A stretch of 64,000 bases of DNA, taken from contig JANJGN010000025.1 in assembly GCA_026770705.1 (NCBI GenBank), forward strand, positions 10,602,001 to 10,666,000, written 5' to 3'. Source of the DNA: Isurus oxyrinchus. Lineage: Eukaryota. Under the pieces are notes generated by a model, which made no database searches, was not told the DNA's origin, and worked only from the letters and a program-made list of their open reading frames with translations. The translations under genes were made by a program, and so were the position numbers. Each line of letters opens with the position of its first letter. Position 1 is the first letter of the stretch. Shown piece after piece: positions 23,340 to 36,290 of this stretch.

Positions 23340-26300
23340 TTTTCTAAGTGCAGTGGCAGGTGGGTTTTGCAATACGTTTCCCACTGATCATAGTGATGGC
23401 AAATCACACCTGATTTAGCACTTGGAAGCTCATTAATGATGCACAGGCGAGTAGCTCTCCATATCTCCTGGTGGATAGGGAGCTGAGTCGTCTACCCCAC
23501 TGTTACCTGGCCGGGTCGACGTTCCAGATGCCATATTTAAATGGCACCTGAGCACACATGTTTCACTCTCTCTAGCCCAGCTGTCTCCAGGACATGCACA
23601 GAGATGTCTGATGACCAGAGAGGGAAGGGTCGAACCACAAGAAGAACCCTGCACCCTGTTCCAGCCCTGATGCCCTCAAGGCCTTATTTTGAGGAGTGCA
23701 TGAGCATAGGGATGTGCTGTACCCGAGGGACGGCTCCAGAAAGCATACCAACCTCCCCCTCCAGCCTGGCAGGAAGGTCAGTGAGACCGGCCACTGCACC
23801 TGCAACATCATCCAATGCAGCAAGAGGATGAATGATATCATCGACTTCACCAGTGTAGGTCAACATTCAACCCCAATATCGAACTCCCATCCTGGCATCA
23901 TGTACTCAAAGGGCTACTTTCTTCAGGGATCTCACACAACCACTAGCGGGGGGGCACATGTCACCACTGATTGTCTCACGGAAACTTTCACATCACCGCA
24001 TTTCATCTATCACGTTGCTCACACTCCATCCTCAGCCCCTTCTCGGGAGGGCTCACCATACACAGGGGACATGCATGTTTCCCAACCTCTGCTCCATCCC
24101 TTCTCATTACGTTCCTTTCTTTTGTCTTCACTCGGGGCAAGCTGGCCCACAACAGAAACGAAAAATCCCAAACTGGAGGAGGGACGGCCGACATCATAAC
24201 CCTCACTAAGTTGGAGGATGCACCAAGCTGGCTGGCTGGGGAGGACAGGGAGATCGTCCTCGTCCTCCGAGTCCTGGAGACCTGGGCTGTCTGTGCCTCC
24301 GACTGCAGCAGGGAAGTGTCAGTGAGGTATTCTCCCAGAGGTGACCCCAAGCCAATCTAGAGTTACGCTCCACTGAGGTGGGTGTCTCTGTGCTGGTGAG
24401 CGCAGCAATGGTTCTTCCTCAGTGGCTTCCTCAGCTTCATCAGCCAACATGGTGTGGGAGCTGGGGCTTATTGTCGGCCACCCTCGTCTCCCTTCATCTG
24501 CTGGTGCCTATAAGAGAGGGAAGATAGTTTTAGTTCATGAGCATTCAGAACACTCAGAGTGTGGCTCGAGACCAGCCGCCCGCTCAATCCGCGTCGGATG
24601 AGGATCCCCTAAGAGCAGCCACCAATAAAATGCTGGGGATGCAACAATAGGTGGTGGGACATCAGGCAGCCACTAAGCAGACTGGAGCAAACAACGGAGG
24701 CATCCGTCTGTGTTCTGTATAATGTTGTGGCTCCAACATGCCAGTGCCTCGAGGTCACAATGGCAAGGTTAGCAACCACCGTGGAGAACTCGAGCCAGCA
24801 GGTTCTGCCAGATTTGTGCTTAGCCCTGGATTCCATGGCCACATGCACTGGTGGGCACCATCAGTGTCTAGGTGATAAGGGGGCGGGGCACCTTGACCTC
24901 CCTCCAGGTGCCCCTTCCCCTCATGGAGTCACGGAGGGGCCCTCGGGCACCCAAAGGGAGGATGAGCAATTTTGGACACGCCGGGAGCCTCCACTCAGGA
25001 CATTCCAAGAGTGTCCAGCTACGCAGAATCCCCTCTGCCTGTGACCACATCCAACCCACTTCTCAGGCAAAGGAGGGTGTTTCTGTCCCTGAGCAGGAGA
25101 CCCTTACCAGGCCGGGCTCTCCAGTTCTCGGGCCACCAGAGAATGCCTGCCAAGGTCACCACGGACATCAGGACATGGCAGTCAGCCTCCGCCTCAGCTG
25201 GGAATGTGGGGCTGCACCCAGACATAGTGGTAAAGTTAGGAAAATTAAGAAATATTGAAGTCACTCTTGGGCCACAGGTGTGCAAACACTAAAATTATTG
25301 CACTTTTGTTAATACATTTGCTGTTTCTGTGAATGGATTGGCCAGATGAAGGTGTTGCAATTATGTGCGTTTGAATTCTCTGATTTTGAGGTTTAGCATC
25401 AACCCACTCAGTGATAGTCTCTCTTTGTGAGATTCACATTCATGTGATATCGACCTCACTGAAGCTATTACCTGCACGCTTGCATGATGTCATGGAGATG
25501 TGTTACAATCTTTACTGGAAGCCTATGCTTTATGCGCTTGTAACCCTTTATCCTAATGATACACCATGATGTGAGGGCAGCTCAACAGCCATGAGGAATT
25601 AGCTGCAGTTGTGTCTCTTCAGCGATATCCCCAACCATGTCCTCACCTCACTGGTGCTGTAGTTTTTCATTAATGTAGTTTCTTCATCAAGTAAGTTGCT
25701 GCTGCATTCTCACTGATGTGTCAATTTTCATTCCCAGAGCAAGCACATACAGGATGCACTGCTGGCCTTCTTAGAAATCATGGCTTGGTGAATCATGAGG
25801 CTGGAAAGCTCAAGTCTGAATGCTGAACTTGCTGTCCATATGACTGGTTGGCCATCCCCTTGAAAGCAATGGAATTACATTAAGAGACAGGAGAAAAGTG
25901 ACCATCTCCTGTTGCCTTCATTTTACTCCTCCTGGAACCTGGCAGCAATTAAAGTGGCACAGGTACATCTTCCACATTATGCTTCCTCAATGGCATCATC
26001 CTGTGGAAGGTCACTCTCATCACCTCTTCATGGCCCTTGCCTCATGTGGGCCTCTACCCTCCCCTTCTAGAGGCTTTGTGTACAGTCACCTACAGAAGAG
26101 ATCCCTCCATTCCGGCCCCCAAAGAAAGCTTCACAACACCCCCCCGCCAACTTTACTATGTTTTTCTCATATACAGGCTGCAGATGCCTCTACAGAACTA
26201 GACAAGCCAATGGACCTGGACTGCGAAAACACCCAGCACACCAAGCTGTGCATTACCCCAAATGAGCACACAGCCCTTGCTCCTCCCTGGAGGGGGAGTA

Positions 26301-27410
26301 CAATTTGCTTGCCATGTATAGGACTGCAGCATTTGCTGCTGCACCCCAGAACTGTTTCTTCTCTATCACTCTAGACTGTGAGGTCCACAGAGACCAAGGA
26401 CAGCCTTTATTCTCTCATTCCGGACTGTGATCCAAAGGAGTGGCTCAACTCTCTGACTCTGACCTGCTGGCTCCAGACCAAGGACTTTGATTTTCAATGT
26501 GTTGACCATTGCCCTCATGACTGAACACTACATTGGCTCCCTTCCCTCCCTTCCTCCCACCTTCATGAGTTTCAGTGTGAGCCATACATCATCCTCCACA
26601 TTAACACGCTCCTAATCCGGAGTCTGCATGCATACCCTCCCATTCGTACTTGTTGTATCCCATTCACACCCTTGTTTGTCAGTGTCTCAGTTTCACTTGC
26701 TGGTCTCTAGCTTCCCACCCCTCGGTCTCCCCTCTGCCTGCTATCATTGTCCCTCTCCCTCCACCCCCTTGCAAAGCCTTCCTGACTCTCTGCCTTCCAT
26801 TGTTCCCCCTCATCCCAACCTTTTTGAATGCCTTTCTGCCTCTTTGCCCCCCCGACCATGTGTCCATTATCCTTTCGCCCCACAACCCCAGGTTGAAATG
26901 TTGGTCTCTGTCTGAATGTTCAGTCCTGCCTGATACCACTGCACACTGCTGTCCTTCTGGACTATGGAGGCAGCCACTGGAGGCAGACCAACCCAACATC
27001 CTCAGCAATGTAGCGTTCCAGTGGCATCGCAGCGAGAATGGTGCAGCGCTGAGGCTATGAGTGTAGCACTCACCTCAAAGCCATGAGCAAAGTGAGGTCC
27101 GACCACCGCGTGCCACCTTCTTCAAGTGTGAGTCAGACCGGTACAATTTGCCACTGGTGTGACGCAAGATTGGAAGGAGGCACGTGATCCCAGCAAGCAG
27201 CTGATTTAATGAGCATTCATGAGATGGTAATGAATGCAAATGATATTCGCATCACTCGTCAGCGAGATAGCCGACCCGCCATTAATCCGCCACTGGGAGA
27301 ACTGCAAACTATTTTCACGTCGGCGGGGTTCCAACTTTTTGGCTTCCGCTGCATTTTCTGATCCCGCCTGTCACAAAACTTGCCGCAGGCAGGGTGGGAA
27401 AATTCCTCCC
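23340..27410 (+). mobile_element. Decayed PIF/Harbinger-type DNA transposon with a Myb/SANT-like gene remnant
   Basis: RDVLYPRDGSR...IIQCSKRMNDI (~23710-23840), KLAHNRNEKSQTGGG (~24140-24185) and basic C-terminus AAPRHSGKVRKIKKY* (to 25258). Right end aaaattcctccc resembles the MITE TIRs. Left end is uncertain and no transposase was recognised. Confidence 0.7.
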
Positions 27411-27904
27411 AATGTTAAGAATCTCGTCAGTAGGGTAAACATACTTGACCAAATTGCAGATTTCCCTAATGTGGGTGACTGCCAATGATAAGTGATCAGT
27501 ATAAGTGCTGGAGACTGTATGAAAAGCTTCTTAATATGTTCCGGCAGCACTTCAGGTTGCTTCAGAGACCTATTCTCTTTCTTTTATCCAATATCCCCCC
27601 TCCCACCTCCTGAGGTGCTGACCTCTCTGAGATCGCCAACTTGCCCTCTTTTAAAGTAAGAAGTGAGTATTCTTCATGTGTGATTCTAGACACTGAGCAA
27701 CAGCAGGCTTTCAAGTTAATCCCACTGGAGCTTGTTGCTCATTCGACATCCACACACATGTACCTTTACAGCAGAAATCACTGGATGGCAAGTGCAGTGT
27801 TTAAAATTATATTGTGCAATTGAATCTGTAGCCAGCAGATGGGGACAAGTTATGGAGGTAATGCGACTTATTTGGTACGCGCCTGGCAGGCACCTTCCAC
27901 AAAA

Positions 27905-28345
27905 AGAAAGTGCTTGCATTTATATAGTGCCTTCCACAAGCTCAGGACCTCCCACAGCAACTGTGCAGCAAGTTAAATACTTTTGAGATGTGGTCACTAT
28001 TGTGTTTAGGAAACATAGCAATGAATTTGTTCACAGTAAACTCCCAAAAACGATCATGAGGTAAATGACCAAATAATCAGTGTTTGTGATTTTCATTCTG
28101 GGGTAAATATTGGTCAGGACATCAGGGTGAACTCCTCTGCCTTCAGAAAATAGCACCATGGGATCTTTTACATCCAGCTGAGAGGGCAGATGTGACCTTT
28201 GTTTAATGTCTCATCTAAAAGTCGGCATCTCTGCCAGTGCAGAACTCCCTCCGTGCTGCAGTGGTGGTGGTCTAGGTTTCATGCAGAATCCACAATCTTT
28301 TGACCCAGAGGTGTGAATGTTACCAGCTGAACCACAAATGGCATC
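27905..28345 (-). mobile_element. DeuSINE-like SINE
   Basis: Homologous to the other copies. Confidence 0.75.
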
Positions 28346-29579
28346 ACAGAATCACAGGATGTTGCGGCAGAGATCATTTGGTCAGTCAAGTCTGCGAATA
28401 TCTCTTCATCATAACCAAACTCCCACCCATCTGCTGGATACTTATATCTTTAAATATTCCTCTTTCTCAAGCAGCTAACTGTCTTTTTTAAAAACAATTA
28501 TACTGTCACATCTGTGACAGAGAATTGCACATTCTAACTCTATATTATTTTTGTTAACTGTCCTTTCATTGTTTTCATGATTGTCTTAAATTTGTGCCAA
28601 CTATTTACTGTCTCTCTAACCAGTGGAAAATAATGTAGTACTTTCCACTTTATCGTCACCCTACAAAAAACCTGAGGAGCTGTATCAGCACTGTTGAGAA
28701 AAGTGCTAACTGTTCAACTATCTCTCCCTTGGTAACATTCTAACTGATCTGCACTCCAGCTATAGCATATCTGTCAGGTATTAGAGTAAGAGGCCACCGA
28801 ATTGGAACATATGGTGCTGGAACGATGATCTTGAGAGTAATAAATTCAAAGATTTTGTAAAATAATTGATTTTCTTCAGTTTATTCAAGCCTAGTTCCAG
28901 TATATAACAGCCATCAGTAGAGGAAACCTAGCTGATTATATTTCCCTATATTTCCCTCTAACCACCCAGCTACCACCCCCAACAATTCTGGCTGAGCCCG
29001 ATTCTGGCATCTTCCCCCATGATCCTTATTTGGATTCTGCACTTTGTGTCCAAGATCAAATGAGCCATTGAGAAAATCCAACACACAGGTCTGACTAGGA
29101 CCAGCTGTTCTTTCCTCATTCTCCATGTAAACAACCCTGTTCTGTTTTTCAAATGTCCTTTAAAAAAACTCTTGAAGGATATTGTGGAGGGTAGATGATT
29201 TTGCTCACATGGCTAAGCAATCAAAGTCCTCACACATACTCAACATGTGTCTTTAATAAGTGTTTTCATCCAATTGCGTATCAACACTCACACAGTGGAG
29301 CAGAAACATAAACCCATTATATTCCATTTGCTGTTGGATTCCTGTTAACCATTCATTGAGTTGCCAGGATATTTCTGCGTTGCATCCAAAGAAAGAAACA
29401 AGGTCTAAGAAATCCATTTCCTGTTTGTTTTCATTTTCAGTTTTCTCCCCCTCTTCTGCAGGCGCTGACTCTAGTTGGTGTAACTCCACAAGAACTGACA
29501 GCTCTCGATTCCTTGCCCAAGTGGCCTTGTTTCAAGCAGCTGTTGAACCAGTGAATTCTGGCAGACTATTCCTGAGTGT

Positions 29580-30022
29580 CAGCCACGGCTCATTGGGTAG
29601 CACTCTTGCCCCTGAGATAGAGGTTGTGAACTCAAAGTCCCATTTCTGAGATTTGAGCACGAAACCCCAAACTGACTGAGGAAATGCTACACTGTCAGGA
29701 GTTCTATCTTTCAGAGGAGACTTTAACCTAAGGGCACTTGTGCATTCTCAGATGGATGTAAAAGATAACATGGCATTATTTTGAAGAGGAGGGGAGTTAT
29801 ACCCAGTGTCTTGACGTTATGTATCCCACAGTTAAAATCAGAAAAACATGTGATTGGGTCATTAACACATTGTTGTTTGTGGGAGCTTGCTGTGCACAAA
29901 TTGGCTGCCACGTTTTCTACGTTACAACAGTGAATGTCCTTCAAATTCACTTCATTGGTGGTAAAGTGATTTGCAGTGCTTTTAGGTTGTGAAAGGCGCT
30001 ATAGAAATGCAAGAGTTTCTTT
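29580..30022 (+). mobile_element. DeuSINE-like SINE, near full length
   Basis: Head, central domain and tail gaaaggcgctatagaaatgcaag. Confidence 0.8.
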
Positions 30023-30675
30023 CATTAAACTGTGCAATCGCTGGCACACTGAGTTAAAACATCTGAATCAGGATTCAGTCAATAGATGTGACTGGTCTGG
30101 ACAAGAGAAGCTTCCTGTTTAGTGGGTATTTTGGAAAAGCTATTCCTGTCTCCATTATTTCTGCATTTGACACAATAACTGTGGCCTCGAGAGAAAAACA
30201 CAAGCATTGGTGAGATAGTACTTCTTTGTAGTCTGAGCCATGTAATTACATTTGTCATTGTTCTTGTCCTCTAAAATCCCATTTCACACTAACCTCATCA
30301 AAATAAAAAGGGCGAGAGGAATAGAAAACTTTTTAAAAACTAATTTTTATTTTGAGTGAATTTTGTATCCACTATTCAAGCAAGTTTGTGCCAAGGAATG
30401 GAGTACTCGAAGGGCTAGCATCATATACAACAACATGCAAGGCTCTTTCTACTTCATTCCAACAATGTGCCTTAGCCCCAACCTTGAGATGGTTTCTCTT
30501 TCAACTTAGAGGGGTCACGGGCCATTAGTTCGTGACACGTGGATTTCATTCATTTAGTCACAATCTCCAGTAACTATGCTACATTTGCTCACTCTGGCTA
30601 ATGGGAAGACCTATCTTAGAGTGTAGGGAAGCTCACAACAAATTCCAATTATCAAGTGCCAAGCATTTGCAAGAA

Positions 30676-31440
30676 ACAACAACTTCTATTTATATAGACC
30701 CTTTAATGAAATGAAATGTCCCAAGGTGCCTCACATTATTTACAAGGAGCATTACAAAACAATGTATGAGCCTGAGCCACATAAGGTGACAATAGATCAG
30801 CTGGCCAAAACCTTGGTCAAATAGATAGGACTGAAGGAGTGTCTTATAGGAGGAAAGCAAAGTAGAGAGGCAGAAAGGTGTGGGGAGAGTATTCCAGAGC
30901 TTGGTGCTCAGGCAAATGAAAGCACAGCAATCAATGGTGGAGCTATTAAAATTGGGTGTGCACAGGAGGCTGGAGTTAGAGGAACGCAGAGAATATGTAG
31001 CATTGTAGGTCTCGAGGAGATTACAGAGATAGGGATGAGCGAGGCTTTGGAGAGATTTGAAAACAAACATGGGAATTTTAATATAAAAGCAAAATACTAC
31101 AGATGCTGGAAATCTGAAACAAAAACAAAAATTGCTGGAAAAACTCAGCAGGTCTGACAGCATCTGACAGAGAAAATCAAGACATTGCTTGACTGGGAGC
31201 CATTGTAGGTCAGTGAGCCCAGGGGTGATTGGGGAATGGGACTTGCTGTGAGTTAAGACACAGACAGCTGGGTTTTGGATGACCTCAACGTTATGGAGGG
31301 TAGGATATGGAAGACCAGCCAGGGGGTATTTGTATACTCGAGTCTAGAATTAACAAAGGCATGAATGAGGGTTTTAGCTGAGACAGGGGTGAAGTCGGGT
31401 GATGTTACAATGGTGGAAATAAGCAGTCTTAGTGTTTGCT
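30676..31440 (-). mobile_element. L2-clade LINE fragment interrupted by a truncated Penelope-type tail (~31082-31172)
   Basis: FKSLQSLAHPYLCNLL...LWNTLP remnant; insert gatgctggaaatctgaaacaaaaac..ctcagcaggtctg. Confidence 0.75.
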
Positions 31441-31496
31441 AATTTGAATAGGTCAGTGATACTATAGAATTCCGAGAATGATTGCATCAACTCTAT

Positions 31497-32012
31497 GGGC
31501 AGAATTTTGCCCTTGGTGTGCAGGATTGGCGGGGGCAGTTGGGAAGTTGACTGCTGCCTGCAATCAATGCGCCACGATTTTAGGCGGGCGGGCCAATTAA
31601 GGCCCGCCCAGCGTGACACACAAGTGGCAGTACTGAGCGCGGCCTGTGTGGGTGGGGGGAGGAATGCGAGCCGGCCTGGCGCCCACTTGGCGCATGCGTG
31701 AGAAAGAGCGCTGGGTGATTCCCCCCTGAGCTGCCTCAGGGAGATGAAGAAAATATTGAGGTTTCCAAAAAAAATTCATGGGCCGTTTGGCCTTTTGGCC
31801 TGCCCGCCAACCGTTAGGTTGAACGGGCAGTGAAAAGTTCAGGACAGTTGATAATTTAATGGCCTTAATAAGCCTTTTAATTGTTGGTGGGTGCGCTGCT
31901 GGCTGACTGAACTATCAGGCGACTCCGCGTTAATTTCGGCACGCTTGGCCGACATCAACGTGCGTCATTTCACGCTCGGTCGGTGTTGGGCGCCGAGCTA
32001 AAAACTCTGGCC
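31497..32012. mobile_element. Harbinger-type MITE
   Basis: TIRs GGGCAGAATTTT / AAAACTCTGGCC, 3-bp TSD TAT/TAT, CpG-rich interior. Confidence 0.8.
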
Positions 32013-33574
32013 TATGTTTATCAGCTCATGCAGTTCTAATTCTAAAATGTCTCTGGCTGAATACATAACTGTTTCTGTCCCAAGAACTTTGCGGTGGTGA
32101 CTCCAGTGCTTTGCTCCTTCTGTTTGGGCCTCAGCAATGGTCACACAGTGGAGGCTGCCATCGTCACTTGCCGTGTGCCTCGCTGTATTGAGCTCCCACC
32201 TCCGGAAACCGCCTCGCCATCCCTGATTGGATGATGAAAGTGGAGGCAGCCTCTTAATTAGTCGCATTCCATAAAATTAAGGTAACAGGCCTGCTACTGA
32301 AATATGTGGGCTCGGGACCCAGAAATGGTTCCACGTCTGATGCCCACAGGAAAGTTCAGCCCACATATCCTTTTTTGCATTTCTTCCTTGCAGACTCCCT
32401 GTGCTGATGTGTGTGTGTACGGTAGCCTCAAGTGGACAAAATGCACAATGCACTTTTCACTACACTACAGCCATCATCATATAGGATGCGGCAAAGACAT
32501 TATGAGGTTCCTGGTGGCCTGATACATCTGCCTCCATGAATTCTGCTCCCAATGGCAAGGCTGTGATATGGGAGGACAGCAGCCTTGCTATTTTCTACAA
32601 ATATCCATTAGATCATGTGTGCCACAGCCTTGAACCTCCACTGTGCAGCTGCCTCCTTGTACTCACAGGGGCCTGTGCGATGCTGGCAAGCCTGCTCATG
32701 GAATGTCCATTAAGTGCCTCACTAACTTGCTTAACTATCTGCCTGCTGGCGTCAAGCTCATTGGTATTTCTGGTGTCCAATGTCCATGAAAAGAGCGAGG
32801 AGGTGGGAGCCTGCCCAACGCTTCCATTCCAAAAGTCTACATGGCCCTGTCTCCAAAGCTGCCTCCCTGGGGCTGGGAAAATCCTGGCCTATGGCTTAAC
32901 TTAAGTTACTTAACATAAGCTTTGTGGGCATTGACTGACATGGAGTTCCAACAAATCCAAGGTACATAGCCAAGACGAGATGAACTTACAAATGAATGTT
33001 GCAGGTTAAGCAAATCCCAAGATTAGCCGGAAACCCCCCCTGTGATAACAGGCTGAGGCTGCATTTTTACTTAAAAACAGTTTAGATAAATTGCTTGGCT
33101 GTCAGAACAGTTTGTTTTTCTCCCCATGTTGTAAACACTCATTGGGACTAATTTTAACTTTGGACAATGACGTAAAGGAGGCGGTGTTGAATCAGCCACC
33201 TGTTTTACATCACTCCCAACTTTCAATTTCATTGAAGCGAATGAAAAGGAAAATCGGGGGGGGCTCATAGTGGGAGGTCAATTCAATATTGTACATTCTA
33301 TACTAATGCCCAACGTTAGAAACTCCCAATGTGTCTCCATCCATTGCCCCATCTATTCTCCCTATCTCTTGAGCCTTTCTAGCTCCACCGAAATGACAGT
33401 TGTGAGGCCAAAGGAAGTAAAGGGGAAATGAAGTTCTATGGTACAAGAAAGAAGCCAATGAACATGTGAGCTGTAAGGGAGCCAAGTTCTCAACATGACA
33501 CCCAGCTGTTTGCTAATTTGGGTAGGTCAGTGACTAGTGACTAGTGTCAGACTTGGCTCAATAATAGTGCTTTT

Positions 33575-34333
33575 GGGCAGAATCTTGCGATCTCGCTGAT
33601 GGTGAACTTGGAGGCGGGAAGGGCATGTAATTAGGCGAGGTGGTGGGGCACTGGAACCCTGCTGTCTTTCTGTCTCTGCCAGAATTAAGTCCTGGGAGGG
33701 AAGGCCCATGGTCGACCTCCCAGCCATGGTGTCAATTGAGGCCCTTAAGCGGCAAATTATTAACCACTTAAGGGCCTCATCCCACCACCGCAGGTATTAA
33801 CCCCAGCTGCAAATGGCCTATTGCCTTGCGGCATGCACGACAGGTGAAAATCTGCAAGCCGCTTGTCTCCTCAGGGAGGAGCGGGTGAGGTGGGGACCCT
33901 CGATCAAAGGCACTCAGTGCCTGATCAAGCGACTGGACATCAGGGAGTGTGGGGGGGGCCCATTGAGAGCCACCCCCTTGCCCCCTCTCCCTGCGACACC
34001 CACCCTCCCTCATCATTACTTACCTGTAGCCTGAGTCCTCTGTGATCCTGGGTCTCCAGTGGGGTTTGGGGTGTACTTCAGCAGCAGCAATGGCCTCCTC
34101 AGTGGCGCTGCTGAGCGCAAGAGCTGCTGGCCCCTGACTGGCTGACAGCTCTCGCTAGGCGGGACTTCTGCCCCTGGGGGACTTGATTCCTGGGCAAGGC
34201 CCCCCGGTGGCCTTGCCACTATCTGATTGGCTTGCAACTCGATGGGCCTTCCAGAAAGGAGGCAGCGTGGGTCCACCACTGGCTCTCTCCAGCTGGTGGG
34301 TGAGGCCCCCGAAGCCTCAGTAGGATTCTGCCC
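33575..34333. mobile_element. Harbinger-type MITE
   Basis: TIRs GGGCAGAATCTT / AGGATTCTGCCC. Confidence 0.75.
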
Positions 34334-34383
34334 AAAGTTTCTGAGTCAGGAAGTTGTAAGTTCAAGCCTTGCTGCAGAGATCT

Positions 34384-34991
34384 GGGCAGAATTTTCCCTT
34401 TGGGTCAAAGTCGAAATGGAGGTCAAATGGGGATCAAATCTCTGGCCTGCGTGGGAAACAAACAGCCCGCTGTGATTTTCCCCTAATTAGCCAATTCGTA
34501 GTCTGGAGATGGACTCACCATCCAATCGATAGGAAGCCCTCCTGCTCAGAAGAATCTGTAGCCTGCAGTTCAGGTAAGGGAGAGAAGGTGTCATCATGTG
34601 AGGCATCCTCTCTCCAACTTTTCACACTTTTAATTTTAAATTGCCCTTAGCAGCTGGGTCACCGTTGTGGAGGGGGAACCTTTTTACAGGTTGGCTTGCA
34701 ACTGCAGCTGTAATGCCGGCAGGCCAGGAGGCCCTCAAAGCCTGCCACATGCACTGGCTGCCCCGCTCGGACCTCAGGATGCCGCCTCCAGGCAGATGAC
34801 CACGGTCATTGATGCTTCCAGGGGCTTGTAGTCCGACTGGTAAACTCCAGCTGGCCTTGGCCTTCACCTATGCTTAATTGGCTACCCCCACTTGCAGGCG
34901 GGTAGGCCTTCCAACTCTGAACCCACCACCATGGGTATTTTCGTGCCCCTCCGCCATTATACTTGGCCAACCGTGGGTAAAAGTCCAGTCC
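34384..34991. mobile_element. Harbinger-type MITE
   Basis: TIRs GGGCAGAATTTT / AAAAGTCCAGTCC (decayed). Confidence 0.65.
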
Positions 34992-35739
34992 TTGAATGAA
35001 CACTGTTGCATGCTGTCTTTGAATGAGATGTAAAGCTGAGGCCCCATCCAGTTTCTGAGGTCATGTAAAAGGTCCCATGGCACTTTTCATTTGGTGTCCT
35101 GGCAAACATTTATCTCTTAAACAATACCATGAAAAACTCATTATTTGACATCCTATCTCCTTGCTGTCTGCGAGACTTTGCATTGCTCATATTGTCTGAA
35201 AGATCATCAACCTGTAATACTGAATCTGTTTCTCGCTCCGTAGATGTTGCCTGACCTGCTGTACTTCCAGCATTTTCTGTTTTCATTTCAGAGTTCCAGT
35301 AACTGCAGTGTTTTGCTTGCTTTCTTTTATTTTGTGACTGAGAGCCTGTCATGTTAGTAAACATTTCCGATAAATTTCTCATTCTTGATGGATGTTCCAC
35401 ATAAACAAAACAGCTCAGAACTAAACTGGTAGCCTGTCTTTCCTTTTATTCCACCCACAGTTGTGTGGCTGGCAGAATGTGTGAGTCTTGTCTTGAAGGC
35501 TGAATGATGTCTAAGGTCCGTTCCATCCCTTCCATCTCCAAATCTTCAATAATTTTATCCTTTTATCTAAATACCTCTGTAAGTCTTCTTTTTCAATTCC
35601 AACTTTAAATTTGTCAGTCCCTTCATTTCTCAGCCTCCAATTGTCTTTTCCCTCCATCAGCAACCCCTCAGTGTATTTATACCACCATCTTCAATTCTTA
35701 TTTGCTTACAGTCACTTGGTAGTACAGAACTTGAATATT

Positions 35740-36010
35740 ACTGAAAAGAGAGACATGTCACTGAAGCTTTTCAACTTGCACTCATCAGGACAAATGCAAG
35801 AATGCCAAATTTCAAACGATCACAACAATTTATACTACAGGAGTAAAAGTTGCTGATTGGTTGGCAAGCTGACTCTGGTTGGCTGAGGTATTGCCTTTTC
35901 TCCTGTACCGTAAATTGTTTGTAATCATTCAAAATTTGGCATTCTTGAGCTTGTCCTGAATAATGGCAAGTTGAATCATTGGCAAGTTGACTCTGATTGG
36001 CTGAGGCAAT
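35740..36010 (-). mobile_element. Penelope-type remnant of a second family, with a decayed hammerhead and an internal inversion
   Basis: Minus strand 35757-35791 reads GTC-CTGATGA-GTGCAAGTT-GAAA-AGCTTC. An inverted partial copy lies at ~35896-35959. Confidence 0.55.
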
Positions 36011-36024
36011 ATAATAATGAGCAG

Positions 36025-36290
36025 GGCTGTTTTAGTGATTTTGGTTGAGGGATAAATATTAATCCAGGACATTGGAGGAGCCCTCCTGCTCCTCATAACA
36101 ACGTCATGTTGCTCCCTGAGAGAGCAGATGGGGCCTTGGTTTAAAGCCTCATTCAAAAGGCAGCACCTTTGACAGCTTAGCACTCCGCTGCACTGGGAAT
36201 GTCTGCCTGGATTATGTGCTCAGATTGGACTTGAACCCAGAAATCTTCTAACTCAGAAGTGAGAGTGGTTCCAACTAAGCCAGTGCTGCC
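36025..36290 (-). mobile_element. DeuSINE-like SINE
   Basis: Homologous to the other copies. Confidence 0.7.

Larger units (their letters stand above)
33545..35190 (+). mobile_element. DeuSINE-like SINE split by two MITEs
   Basis: SINE pieces at 33545-33574, 34334-34383 and 34992-35190 join collinearly. Confidence 0.7.

Noticed and set aside
29420-29560. Strong + strand acceptor (ttttctccccctcttctgcag) suggesting a coding exon
   Set aside because: No good donor or recognisable peptide, and similar sequence recurs near 27600 and 38965, consistent with an old repeat.
30690-31163. 157-aa minus-strand ORF
   Set aside because: A chance fusion of a Penelope-type tail with a decayed L2 ORF2.
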